Positions 28,646 to 37,324 of a DNA stretch of 64,000 bases are shown piece by piece; position 1 is the stretch's first letter, and each line of letters starts with the position of its first letter. This stretch comes from Methanobacteriota archaeon (GTDB lineage Archaea; Thermoplasmatota; Thermoplasmata; SG8-5; DAIRED01), in NCBI GenBank assembly GCA_043799545.1, contig JAZDNO010000005.1, positions 64,001 through 128,000 on the forward strand. Reading direction: 5' to 3'. The notes under the pieces were generated by a model. It was given only the letters and a program-made list of their open reading frames with translations, made no database searches and had not been told where the DNA came from. A program made the translations under genes and the position numbers.

Positions 28646-29822
28646 TTAAATTGTATGTTTTGCATATAATAATACAAATTTTTCTATGCCCTGATATAAT
28701 AAATGTTAGTGATATGAGTAACGCATAATTGTTTAATTTATTATATAAAGAATCTAACTTATTTGTATTATAAAAAATAGATAAATTTCTATCGACACTT
28801 TTATAAAAATAACAATAAAACTCATTTTCCACATCGCATTTTACAATGAAGCCCAACCTTGAAATCTTATTATTATCATTAAGTTGTAAAAGGCAAAGTA
28901 ATAAGATTGCCAGTTGTAAATACTGGTGAAGATCATTTTTGTTATTTATTGCGATGGTAAGATTCGTTGATGCACTCATTCTATTGAAGACATCAAGTGC
29001 GTTCGTGTTCTTAGAGGCATCAACTTCGAAAGGGAGTATTAAGATTCCAATTGTTGAAATTCCCATTGATTTTGCAACTTCAGTTACATATGGGGCGGCA
29101 CCAGAGCCAACTCCTCTGCTGAGATCTGCGAGGACGATGGTTTTGTCGGCGCCTTCTAGCACGTCATGGATCTCTTTATCACACCTGGCAGAGCACGCCT
29201 CTCCAATCTCGGGGTAGGTATCGGACTTACCAAACGTCGGGTCCATATCCTTGCAGAAACCCAGTCCCTTGGCCCGGTGGAGGTTCTCGTTGTCCATGGC
29301 GATGGTCAGGTTAGTCGAGCCCTTCATTCTTTTGAGATACTCCATGGCGGCCGCGCGCCTCGGCGCCTCGGCCGCGAACGGCAGGACGACTATGTCGAAG
29401 GTGAAAATCCCCATGGACTTCGCCACGTCCGCAACGTAAGGCGCGGCGCCGGAGCCGACACCTCCTCCGAGGCCGGCCACGACAATGGCCATGTCCGCCC
29501 CGTTGAGGGCCTTGCGGATTTCCGCGTCGCATCTGGCCGTGCACGCCTCCCCCACCCCGGGATAGACCGCCGATTTGCCGAAGGTGCGGTCTCTGCCGAC
29601 CTGCACGACTTTGCCCGATTTGGCTTTCGTCAGGCTTGCCCAATCCGAGTTGAGGTAAGTTGCGGTGATGTTTGGCAGAGCGCTGGTGATATGTTTGTCA
29701 GGTTTGTAGCCTGCGTCGCAGCAGGCGATTATTCGCAAGCCGTGGTTCCAGGTCAGCTCTCGTTTACACTCATCGCGCTCTCTGGACATCACGTCTGATT
29801 CGCAGATTATGGCTGGTGTCAT
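28623..29822 (-). CDS. degenerate FtsZ/tubulin-like protein with tandemly duplicated GTPase core
   Basis: Tubulin-signature-like VAGLGGGVGSGAAPYV plus a second copy LADLSRGVGSGAAPYV. GGAGG RBS before ATG 29822. No T1 GGG loop and no recognisable C-terminal (T7) domain. Confidence 0.75.
   Translation of the reverse strand: MTPAIICESDVMSRERDECKRELTWNHGLRIIACCDAGYKPDKHITSALPNITATYLNSDWASLTKAKSGKVVQVGRDRTFGKSAVYPGVGEACTARCDAEIRKALNGADMAIVVAGLGGGVGSGAAPYVADVAKSMGIFTFDIVVLPFAAEAPRRAAAMEYLKRMKGSTNLTIAMDNENLHRAKGLGFCKDMDPTFGKSDTYPEIGEACSARCDKEIHDVLEGADKTIVLADLSRGVGSGAAPYVTEVAKSMGISTIGILILPFEVDASKNTNALDVFNRMSASTNLTIAINNKNDLHQYLQLAILLLCLLQLNDNNKISRLGFIVKCDVENEFYCYFYKSVDRNLSIFYNTNKLDSLYNKLNNYALLISLTFIISGHRKICIIICKTYNLIGGEKHD
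28926..29585 (-). repeat. internal tandem duplication of about 103 codons (29277-29585 and 28926-29237)
   Basis: TFGKS...NLTIA..N.N.LH occurs twice; about 60% aa identity by manual alignment. Confidence 0.9.
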
Positions 29823-29956
29823 CTTCTTTCCTCCACTTTCGCTAGCTCTTTGCGACGTGCTGTCGTCGTGCATCCCATCCTTCCGCCCGGCTGGCATGGC
29901 TTACCCCGCCTGCTCGCGAGAGCCGGGCGACCGAGAGTCTAAACATCGTTGAGGTC

Positions 29957-30349
29957 TCATCTAGAGGCTATCAACTGCTTGTTCTCGGTTACACTGAGGG
30001 CTACTTCCTGTCCCGAGGACCGCGCCATGACCCTGAACCGCTCCTCTAGCCGCTTGACCTGGTCGGCCTCGAAGAAGATGTCAATCATTCGCCTGAGAGC
30101 CTTCTCCCTGCCCGAAAACCATCCGTTCTTCACGATGCTATCGAGGTAGTTTATCTCGGCCGGAGACAACTCAACGCAGATTGGCACGTCCTGACCCGGC
30201 GACGGTTCCTCCATCGCTTGGTCCAGGGCGATTCTGACCAGCTCGGACCTCGTGAGCCCGAGCCTCTTGGCCCTCTCCGTCACGCTGTTCACGTACTCGG
30301 GAGAGAGTCGTATGGTCATTCGCTCGTTTACTTTTTCCGCCTGATCCAT
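29957..30349 (-). CDS. ribbon-helix-helix (CopG/CdrS-like) regulator, probably tandem RHH
   Basis: ERMTIRLSPEYVNSV...LGLTRSELVRIAL, then a second ICVELS...GWFSGREKALRRMI unit; directly upstream of the FtsZ-like gene. Confidence 0.75.
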   Translation of the reverse strand: MDQAEKVNERMTIRLSPEYVNSVTERAKRLGLTRSELVRIALDQAMEEPSPGQDVPICVELSPAEINYLDSIVKNGWFSGREKALRRMIDIFFEADQVKRLEERFRVMARSSGQEVALSVTENKQLIASR

Positions 30350-30378
30350 TGTTCACCCTTTGCGTCGGTTATTCATCA

Positions 30379-30471
30379 TAGGACGCTGTAGGACATATAT
30401 ATCCTTCTTAATATAATATGTTTTCGCTTAAATTTATATATTTACCACTTTCAATTTTTAGGTGTAGGACA
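30379..30471. promoter_or_regulatory. TAGGAC direct repeats upstream of the RHH gene
   Basis: TAGGAC at 30379 and 30389 (10-bp spacing); TGTAGGACA at 30387 and 30463; flank AT-rich TATA-like tracts. Confidence 0.45.
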
Positions 30472-30670
30472 GAAATAATTACTAATATTATATAATATTT
30501 TAGAAAATTATATATATGAATTTACAGAAGATAACTTTATATAGCGATATAATCATAATAGTCACAATGAAAAATAGGCTTGTTGTTAGAGTGCATCCCA
30601 TCCTTTGTGCTGGGGCAAAGAATCCTCTCATCATGTTACTTACATTCACCATCTCCTGGGGAGGGTTATT

Positions 30671-30994
30671 ATGAAGAAAAAAGGGGCGATTTTGACCGAT
30701 TTTGATTTAATGTGTGCAATTATATACCTATTATGTATGTATAACACCCCTACAAGTGAAACCGAGATTCTCATGGGATCTCCACTTTCAATAAGGCTGC
30801 GTGTAAAAAAGCTTCTGTGTCTCCATTCGCAGGGCAATATTCCAATATTTCGCAAGGAACGCCGAAATGGTGTTTGGTATTATTGGATAAATCCAGAGGT
30901 TTATTCCGCTTGTATAGATTTACTGGCAGAAGAGAACTTTATTAAATTTGAGGATGCGTGTAAAATATTACAAAGGAAGAAGCCAGTAAAATAA
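30671..30994 (+). CDS. hypothetical protein, possible winged helix (low GC)
   Basis: GGAGGG RBS before ATG 30671; helix-turn-helix followed by a beta-wing FRKERRNGVWYYWIN. Confidence 0.55.
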   Translation: MKKKGAILTDFDLMCAIIYLLCMYNTPTSETEILMGSPLSIRLRVKKLLCLHSQGNIPIFRKERRNGVWYYWINPEVYSACIDLLAEENFIKFEDACKILQRKKPVK

Positions 30995-31022
30995 ATCTAT
31001 GATTATTTAATACACAAACCTA

Positions 31023-31158
31023 GCCCTAATTCCCCGACCTTCAGGTTGGGGATGTAGGGCGGGTAAGCATCGGCTAACCCGGAGCATCTTTTTAGCCATA
31101 CAAGGGTGTACCGCTTTACCAAACACGGGAGGAAACCATGTTCGAAACCTCCGTGTTT
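31023..31158. mobile_element. IS200/IS605-like terminal hairpin and adjacent stem-loops (non-autonomous remnant)
   Basis: GCCCTA-ATTCCCCGACCTTCAGGTTGGGGATG-TAGGGC resembles the CCCCRNCCTTCAGGNYGGGG end hairpins of this family; further stems at 31061-31080 and 31121-31158; no transposase present. Confidence 0.45.
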
Positions 31159-31246
31159 CTCATTCCTCACGGACGGGGGTACCCCTCTCGGGCGACCATG
31201 GCGCGTTTTTCGATAGTTTAATTACCCCCAATGGGTTGAGCAAATC

Positions 31247-31573
31247 ATGGCCAAGAGCCACAAGTTCGACCGCATGAAGCGCCAGCGCCAAGAAATCGCC
31301 GCCTCGCGCATCGAAACCCTGATGTCCCTGGCCGACGACCGGGGAAAGTCGCACGACCTCAAGTACGCTTCAAGGTACGTCACGCTCGCAAGGTCGATAG
31401 GGATGCGCTACAACGTGCGGCTTCGGTCTGCCGAGAAGCTGAAGGTCTGCAAGGGCTGCGGGGCATATCTGCTGCCGGGGATAACCCTGAGGGTTCGCAC
31501 GGGCAGGAAAACCTTAGTGAGGACTTGCCTCGAATGCGGCCTCGTCAGAAGGATGCCGCTGGAGAAAAGGTGA
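31247..31573 (+). CDS. rnp4: ribonuclease P protein component 4 (Rpp21)
   Basis: IAASRIETL, RYVTLARSIGMRY, CKGC and CLECG..RR Zn motifs. Confidence 0.92.
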   Translation: MAKSHKFDRMKRQRQEIAASRIETLMSLADDRGKSHDLKYASRYVTLARSIGMRYNVRLRSAEKLKVCKGCGAYLLPGITLRVRTGRKTLVRTCLECGLVRRMPLEKR

Positions 31574-31577
31574 AACC

Positions 31578-31826
31578 ATGGATTCGAAAACCCGCGCCAT
31601 GTTCAAGGGAAAGGCTCAGTCGCTGAAGGTCACGCTCCGCGCCGGAAAGGCAGGATTGACGGAGACGCTGGCAAAGGAGCTGGACTACCAGCTAAAGGAG
31701 AACAAGCTCGTGAAAGCTAGGATACTGAAAGGCGATGTCGAGGACATAGCCCGAAAGCTCGCGGAGGCCGCGAGGGCTGAGCTGGTCGAGGTCCGCGGAA
31801 AGACCGCGGTTTTCTGGAGAAAGTAG
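31578..31826 (+). CDS. YhbY/CRM-domain RNA-binding protein
   Basis: GKAGLT, QLKENKLVKARIL, VEVRGKTAVFW. Confidence 0.88.
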   Translation: MDSKTRAMFKGKAQSLKVTLRAGKAGLTETLAKELDYQLKENKLVKARILKGDVEDIARKLAEAARAELVEVRGKTAVFWRK

Positions 31827-31919
31827 CCCTCGATTGCGCAAAGGTTAAGTCCGCGGTCGCGCATACGAGCGCCGGGATTGCACTCGCTTAGAAGCGGCGC
31901 TTTCATTCGGGGGTAGCTG

Positions 31920-34900
31920 ATGGGTTCGGGGGACGCCTCTCTCGCGATTCGCTCTTATTTCGAGGGCATCGAGAGTGAGCTGGACCGGGCATACGCGGCA
32001 GCGCGGGCGGCGAGGTCGAGGGGCTTCGACCCGGCGCCGGACGTGGAGGTCAAGCGCACGCGCGACATGGCCGACAGGGTCGAGAGGCTGCTGGAGGTCG
32101 AGGGCGTCGCCAGGGAGATACGCGAGCTCGCCGGGAAGATGAACCGCGAGGAGCTGTCGATTGAGATTGCCAAGCGCACGGCGCGGATGGGAGGCTTCGA
32201 GGTCGAGGACGCGCTGGAGAAGAGCGTCCGGGTCGGGCTGGCGATACTCACCGAGGGGATTCTCGTCGCGCCGATAGAGGGGATTGCCAAGGTCAGGATT
32301 CGCCACGAATCGGACGGCTCGAACTATGTGGCAGTCTATTTCGCCGGCCCGATTCGCTCGGCGGGAGGGACCGGGCAGGCGATGAGCGTGCTGCTGGCGG
32401 ACATCGTGCGAAGGGAGCTGCGAATCGGGGCATACAAAGCCACCCAGAGCGAGATTGAGAGGTGGAAGGAGGAGATACCGCTTTACAAGCAAGCCCAGCA
32501 CCTTCAATACTCCCCGACGAACGATGAGATAGACCTCATCATAGGGAACTGCCCGATTTGCATCGACGGGGAGGGGACCGAAGACGTCGAAATCTCCGGT
32601 TTCCGCGACCTCCCCCGAATTGAGACCAACAGGGTCAGGGGGGGCGCGTGCCTCATCATCGCCGAGGGCCTTTCACAGAAGGCGGCGAAGATACAGAAGC
32701 ACGTGAAGAAGCTCAAAATCGACGGCTGGGAGTTCATAGACCATCTGCTGAAAAAGAAGGGCGGCACGGATTCCGAGAGCTCCGAATACAAGCCGAGCTG
32801 GAAGTACATGAAGGACCTCGTGGCCGGCAGGCCGGTGCTGAGCCACCCGAGCGCGGTCGGCGGCTTCAGGCTCAGGTACGGCAAGTCGCGCACGAACGGG
32901 CTGGCTGGTCTCTCGATGCACCCGGCTCTGATGCCATTGCTCGGCGACATCCTTGCAATCGGCACCCAGATAAAGATCGAGCGCCCGGGCAAGGCCGGGA
33001 TAGTCACCCCCTGCGACGAGCTCGAACCGCCGATTGTCCTGCTCAAGAACGGCTCGCTGGTCGAAGTCGCGACGGTCGAGGACGCGAAGCGCCTGTATTC
33101 CCAGGTCGACAAGATACTGGACATAGGCGAAATCCTGGTGCCGTTCGGCGAATTCCTGGAGAACAACCAGCCCCTCGCGGCGGGGGCGTTCGACGTAAAC
33201 TGGTACGAGGCCCTGTGGGTCGCTGGCGGCGGGAAAGTTCCGGCAAACATCGGAGACCCGACGTTCGAGGAGGCGCTGGCATGGTCTAAGGAGCGCAGCC
33301 TGCCCTTGCACCCGAACTTCAACCTTTTCTGGCACGACCTCCGCTCCGAAGACATAGTCAAACTCTCCGAGCTGGTCGAAAAGACCGGTATTTTTGAGGG
33401 CAGGTCTCTCAAGGTTTCGCGCACCGCCGAGACGAAAGCCCTGCTGGAGGCGCTTTGCGTCCTCCACGAGGTGAGGGGGAACGAGATAATCGTCGGGAGG
33501 CATTCTGCGGCTCTGGCATACTGTCTGGGGCTCGATGTCACAAAAGATGGAAAGCTGCGGCGGCGCGCTCAGGCTAAGGTTGGAAAGGACGGGCTGGCGA
33601 CGGTTTCCGCCTTGGCCGGAATCGCGGTGAAGGCGCGCGGCCCGACGCGCATCGGGGCAAGGATGGCCAGGCCCGAGAAGGCGAAGGAGCGGGAGATGAA
33701 AGTCCTCGTGCACGCGCTCTTCCCTGTTGGCGAGGCCGGCGGCTCGCAGAGGCTCTTCAGCGAGGCTTCGAAGGCCATGCGCCCTGTCGACGTCGAGCTG
33801 GAAGAGAGGGGCTGCAAGGGCTGCCACACGATAACGCCGTTGAAGGCCTGCCCCAATTGCGGGGCGCAGACGCGCTCGACGGGGCAGATGCGGAAGATGC
33901 CGTTGGACATCAGGGCGATGTTCGAACCCGCGGCCAAGAGCATGGAGATGCCCCAGGGCACGAAGGTCAAGGGCGTGAAGGGGATGCTGTCGGAATCCAA
34001 GATTCCGGAGCCAATCGAGAAGGGCATCCTCAGGGCGAAGCACGGGCTTTCCGTTTTCAAGGACGGCACGATCAGGTTCGACATCACCGACGCGCCGCTC
34101 ACGCATTTCAAGCCCAGGGAGATAGGGCTGACCGTGGAGAGGGCGAGGGAGCTGGGCTACGACACGGACTGCCTGGGGCGGCCGCTGGAGTCCGCCGAGC
34201 AGGCCGTGGAGCTGAGGCCGCAGGACGTTATCATCAGCGAATCCGGGGTCGAGTACCTCCTGCGCATCGCCCAGTTCCTCGACGAGCTTCTCGTCAGATT
34301 CTATAATGTCGAGCCTTACTACAACGTGAAGCGCCCGGAGGACATGATCGGCCAGGCATTGCTAGGCCTGTCCCCGCACACGTCCGGCGGCGTGTGCTGC
34401 AGGCTCATCGGCCACACGGGGGCGAGCGTGTGCTACGCTCACCCGTACTTCCACGCGGCAAAGCGCAGGAACTGCGACGGCGACGAGGATTGCGTGATGC
34501 TCCTCATGGACGCCCTCTTGAATTTCTCTTTCGCGTACCTGCCGGTGAGCCGCGGCGGGCGGATGGACGCGCCCATGATTCTCTCCTCCAGAATCGATCC
34601 GGCCGAGATAGACAAGGAGGCGCTGAACATAGACGCGGTCTCAAGCTATCCAGCCGAGTTCTATGCCATGGCCGAGGCGAGGCGCCCGCCCAAGGACGCG
34701 GAGCGGCTCATAGACAACGCGGGGAAGCGCCTGGGAAGCCTGCTTCAATACGAAGGGCTGATGTTCACCCACGATACGCACGACATCGCAGCCGGGACGA
34801 TGGTCTCGGCATACAAGACGATCGAGGACATGAACGGAAAGATGGAACTGCAGATGAGCCTCGCAAAAAAGCTGGCCGCGGTGGACGAGAACGACGTCGC

Positions 34901-35276
34901 CGAGCGCCTCATCAACGCCCACCTGCTGCCCGACATGATAGGGAACCTGAAGAAGTTCACCACGCAGGGTTTCAGGTGCACGTCCTGCGGGGCGAAGTTC
35001 CGCCGCATGCCAGTCACTGGGAAGTGCAAGTGCAAGAACGGGGTCATCCTCACGGTCCATCCCGGAAGCGTCACGAAGTACCTGGAGAAGACTAAAAGGC
35101 TCTCCACCGATTACGAGGTGAACAACTACACAAGGCAGAGGATAGCATTGATCGAGCTTTCCATGGCCTCCCTGTTCCACGATGACCGAGGGAAGACGTT
35201 GATGGATTTCGGAAAGCCCCTTGAGCCGAAGGAAGGTCCGGAAATCCCCGTGGTTGGATTAGAAGAGGTGGAATGA
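31920..35276 (+). CDS. polC: DNA polymerase D large subunit (DP2), no intein
   Basis: AGPIRSAGGT, GGFRLRYG, EPIEKGILRAKH, AAKRRNCDGDED and C-terminal Zn fingers. Confidence 0.97.
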   Translation: MGSGDASLAIRSYFEGIESELDRAYAAARAARSRGFDPAPDVEVKRTRDMADRVERLLEVEGVAREIRELAGKMNREELSIEIAKRTARMGGFEVEDALEKSVRVGLAILTEGILVAPIEGIAKVRIRHESDGSNYVAVYFAGPIRSAGGTGQAMSVLLADIVRRELRIGAYKATQSEIERWKEEIPLYKQAQHLQYSPTNDEIDLIIGNCPICIDGEGTEDVEISGFRDLPRIETNRVRGGACLIIAEGLSQKAAKIQKHVKKLKIDGWEFIDHLLKKKGGTDSESSEYKPSWKYMKDLVAGRPVLSHPSAVGGFRLRYGKSRTNGLAGLSMHPALMPLLGDILAIGTQIKIERPGKAGIVTPCDELEPPIVLLKNGSLVEVATVEDAKRLYSQVDKILDIGEILVPFGEFLENNQPLAAGAFDVNWYEALWVAGGGKVPANIGDPTFEEALAWSKERSLPLHPNFNLFWHDLRSEDIVKLSELVEKTGIFEGRSLKVSRTAETKALLEALCVLHEVRGNEIIVGRHSAALAYCLGLDVTKDGKLRRRAQAKVGKDGLATVSALAGIAVKARGPTRIGARMARPEKAKEREMKVLVHALFPVGEAGGSQRLFSEASKAMRPVDVELEERGCKGCHTITPLKACPNCGAQTRSTGQMRKMPLDIRAMFEPAAKSMEMPQGTKVKGVKGMLSESKIPEPIEKGILRAKHGLSVFKDGTIRFDITDAPLTHFKPREIGLTVERARELGYDTDCLGRPLESAEQAVELRPQDVIISESGVEYLLRIAQFLDELLVRFYNVEPYYNVKRPEDMIGQALLGLSPHTSGGVCCRLIGHTGASVCYAHPYFHAAKRRNCDGDEDCVMLLMDALLNFSFAYLPVSRGGRMDAPMILSSRIDPAEIDKEALNIDAVSSYPAEFYAMAEARRPPKDAERLIDNAGKRLGSLLQYEGLMFTHDTHDIAAGTMVSAYKTIEDMNGKMELQMSLAKKLAAVDENDVAERLINAHLLPDMIGNLKKFTTQGFRCTSCGAKFRRMPVTGKCKCKNGVILTVHPGSVTKYLEKTKRLSTDYEVNNYTRQRIALIELSMASLFHDDRGKTLMDFGKPLEPKEGPEIPVVGLEEVE

Positions 35277-36019
35277 TGAAAGTCCCGAGGAGCCATCCCC
35301 GATACAAATCCCTTAAAACCCGCGAGGCGCTGTCGAGGCTCTCCGACGGCGGCGTCGTCGCCAGAACCGGACTCATAGCCCACGGCCGTGGCGAGGCGTT
35401 CGACTACATGCTGGGGGAGCGGACCCACCCGTTCGCCCTGGAAGCCGCGAAGGCCGCAGCGGCGCACCTGCTGCTGGCGAAAACCCCGGTCCTATCGGTC
35501 AACGGCAACGTCGCGGCGCTCGCTGGAAGGGAGATGATTGCCCTGTCCAAGGCGGTCCCGGCGAAGCTGGAGGTAAACCTGTTTCACAGGTCGCCTGCGC
35601 GGATAGCGCGCGTCGTCGCGCACATGGAGGGGCTCGGAGCGAAGGGCGTGTTGGGAAAAGGGGCGACCGAGCTGATACCCGGGCTGGCTCAGCCTCGCGC
35701 TCGCTGCACCACCGAGGGAATATTCTCCGCCGACGTCGTGTTCGTCCCCTTGGAGGACGGAGACAGGGCGGAGGCGCTGGTGCGCATGGGCAAGACCGTC
35801 ATCGCAGTGGACCTGAATCCTCTCTCGCGGACGGCCAAGGCCGCGACCGTGACGATAGTGGACGAGCTGACTCGCGCGGTGCCGAACGTGACCCGCGCCG
35901 TGCTTGGGATGAAGGCGTGGCCAGAGGCTAGAATCCGAAGGCTCGCGGAAGGCTTTGACAATGAGAGAAACCTCAAGGACGCGGGAAAGGCGATGGCGAG
36001 GCACGTTCTCGGCGGCTGA
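35273..36019 (+). CDS. 4-phosphopantoate--beta-alanine ligase (archaeal PPS)
   Basis: PRSHPRYKSL, GLIAHGRGEAFDY, SVNGN, VPLEDGDR, DLNPLSRT. Confidence 0.93.
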   Translation: MMKVPRSHPRYKSLKTREALSRLSDGGVVARTGLIAHGRGEAFDYMLGERTHPFALEAAKAAAAHLLLAKTPVLSVNGNVAALAGREMIALSKAVPAKLEVNLFHRSPARIARVVAHMEGLGAKGVLGKGATELIPGLAQPRARCTTEGIFSADVVFVPLEDGDRAEALVRMGKTVIAVDLNPLSRTAKAATVTIVDELTRAVPNVTRAVLGMKAWPEARIRRLAEGFDNERNLKDAGKAMARHVLGG

Positions 36020-36071
36020 AACCCACGAAAACCATTTAACAGGCTTGGCTCATTGCCCCGCGGTGTCTCCA

Positions 36072-37310
36072 ATGGACGACCTTTTGCAAAAGGGCATACT
36101 GCGCCTCGAGTGGGCGAAGGAGCACATGGGCGTGCTGGCCCAGGTGCGCGGCGAGATGGTCAGGAACAAGTCGCTCAAGGGCAAGCGCGTGGGCATGGCG
36201 CTTCACGTCGAGGCGAAGACGGGCATACTAGCGCTGACGCTGAAGGAGGCCGGCGCGACAGTCCGCCTGACGAGCTGCAACCCCCTCTCGACGGACGATT
36301 GCGTCGCGGTCGCTCTTAACAAGCACCACAAGCTCGAGACGTACGCCAAGAAATGGCAGACCAACAAGCAGTACTACGAGAGCCTCCAGAAAGTGCTGGA
36401 CATGAAGCCCGACATCGTGGTGGACGACGGCGGCGACCTGATTTTCCTCCTCCACACGGAGCGGAAGGAGCTGCTCGACGGCATCATGGGGGCCAACGAG
36501 GAGACGACGACGGGAATCATCAGGCTCAAGGCGATGGCCAAGGAGGGAGCGCTCAAATTCCCAGTCATGGCCGTGAACAACGCAAAGATGAAGCACCTGT
36601 TCGACAACCGATATGGTACGGGCCAGTCCACATTCGACGGCATCCTCAACGCGACGAACCTGCTCATAGCGGGAAAGAGGTTCGTGGTCGCAGGCTACGG
36701 ATGGTGCGGCCGCGGCATCGCAATGCGCGCCAGGGGGATGGGCGCCATAGTGACAGTTTGCGAGGTGGACCCGGTCAGCGCGATTGAGGCGCATCTCGAC
36801 GGCTTCGACGTCATGCCAATGGCCAAGGCCATCGCCGGGGCGGACTTCCTGGTGTCGGTGACGGGATGCAAGGACATCGTCACGGCCGAGCATTTGAAGC
36901 TGGCCAAGGACGGCATAGTCCTGGCCAACTCCGGTCATTTCGACAACGAAGTTTCCAAGACCGATTTGATGAGGCTATCCAAATCCGTGAGAAAGGTGCG
37001 CGAGCTAGTGGACGAGTACACATTCAAGGACGGCAAGCGCGTCTATCTGCTGGCCGAGGGGCGCCTGGTCAACCTGGCCGCGGGCCAAGGACACCCCGTA
37101 GAGATAATGGACATGAGCTTCGCGATACAGGCGCTGTGCGCGCAGCACCTCGCGGTGAACGGCCGGAAGATGAAGCCCGGCGTCTACGATGTACCAAAGG
37201 ACATGGACGACAGGGTCGCCGAGCTGGCGCTGAAGACGAGCGGAATCGAGCTGGACTCGCTGAGCAAGAACCAGAAGGCGTACCTGGGAAGCTGGAGGGA
37301 AGGGACCTGA
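36072..37310 (+). CDS. ahcY: adenosylhomocysteinase
   Basis: SCNPLSTDD, EETTTG, KHLFDNRYGTGQS, GYGWCGRG, GRLVNL, GHP. Confidence 0.97.
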   Translation: MDDLLQKGILRLEWAKEHMGVLAQVRGEMVRNKSLKGKRVGMALHVEAKTGILALTLKEAGATVRLTSCNPLSTDDCVAVALNKHHKLETYAKKWQTNKQYYESLQKVLDMKPDIVVDDGGDLIFLLHTERKELLDGIMGANEETTTGIIRLKAMAKEGALKFPVMAVNNAKMKHLFDNRYGTGQSTFDGILNATNLLIAGKRFVVAGYGWCGRGIAMRARGMGAIVTVCEVDPVSAIEAHLDGFDVMPMAKAIAGADFLVSVTGCKDIVTAEHLKLAKDGIVLANSGHFDNEVSKTDLMRLSKSVRKVRELVDEYTFKDGKRVYLLAEGRLVNLAAGQGHPVEIMDMSFAIQALCAQHLAVNGRKMKPGVYDVPKDMDDRVAELALKTSGIELDSLSKNQKAYLGSWREGT

Positions 37311-37324
37311 GCGCAGGAAAGAAA

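Noticed and set aside
28926-29585. Diverged repeat pair as a diversity-generating retroelement TR/VR
   Set aside because: Mismatches are mostly at third codon positions and are not adenine-specific, and no reverse transcriptase is present.
32673-34106. Long alternative-frame and antisense ORFs (also 11305..12348, 59466..60557, 2653..3735)
   Set aside because: These are shadows of GC-rich real genes, with no recognisable motifs or RBS.
31920-35276. Possible intein in DP2
   Set aside because: The length (1118 aa) and continuous motifs show no insertion.
36866-37324. N-terminal extension of the PfkB ORF
   Set aside because: It overlaps ahcY out of frame; a plausible start is at 37325.
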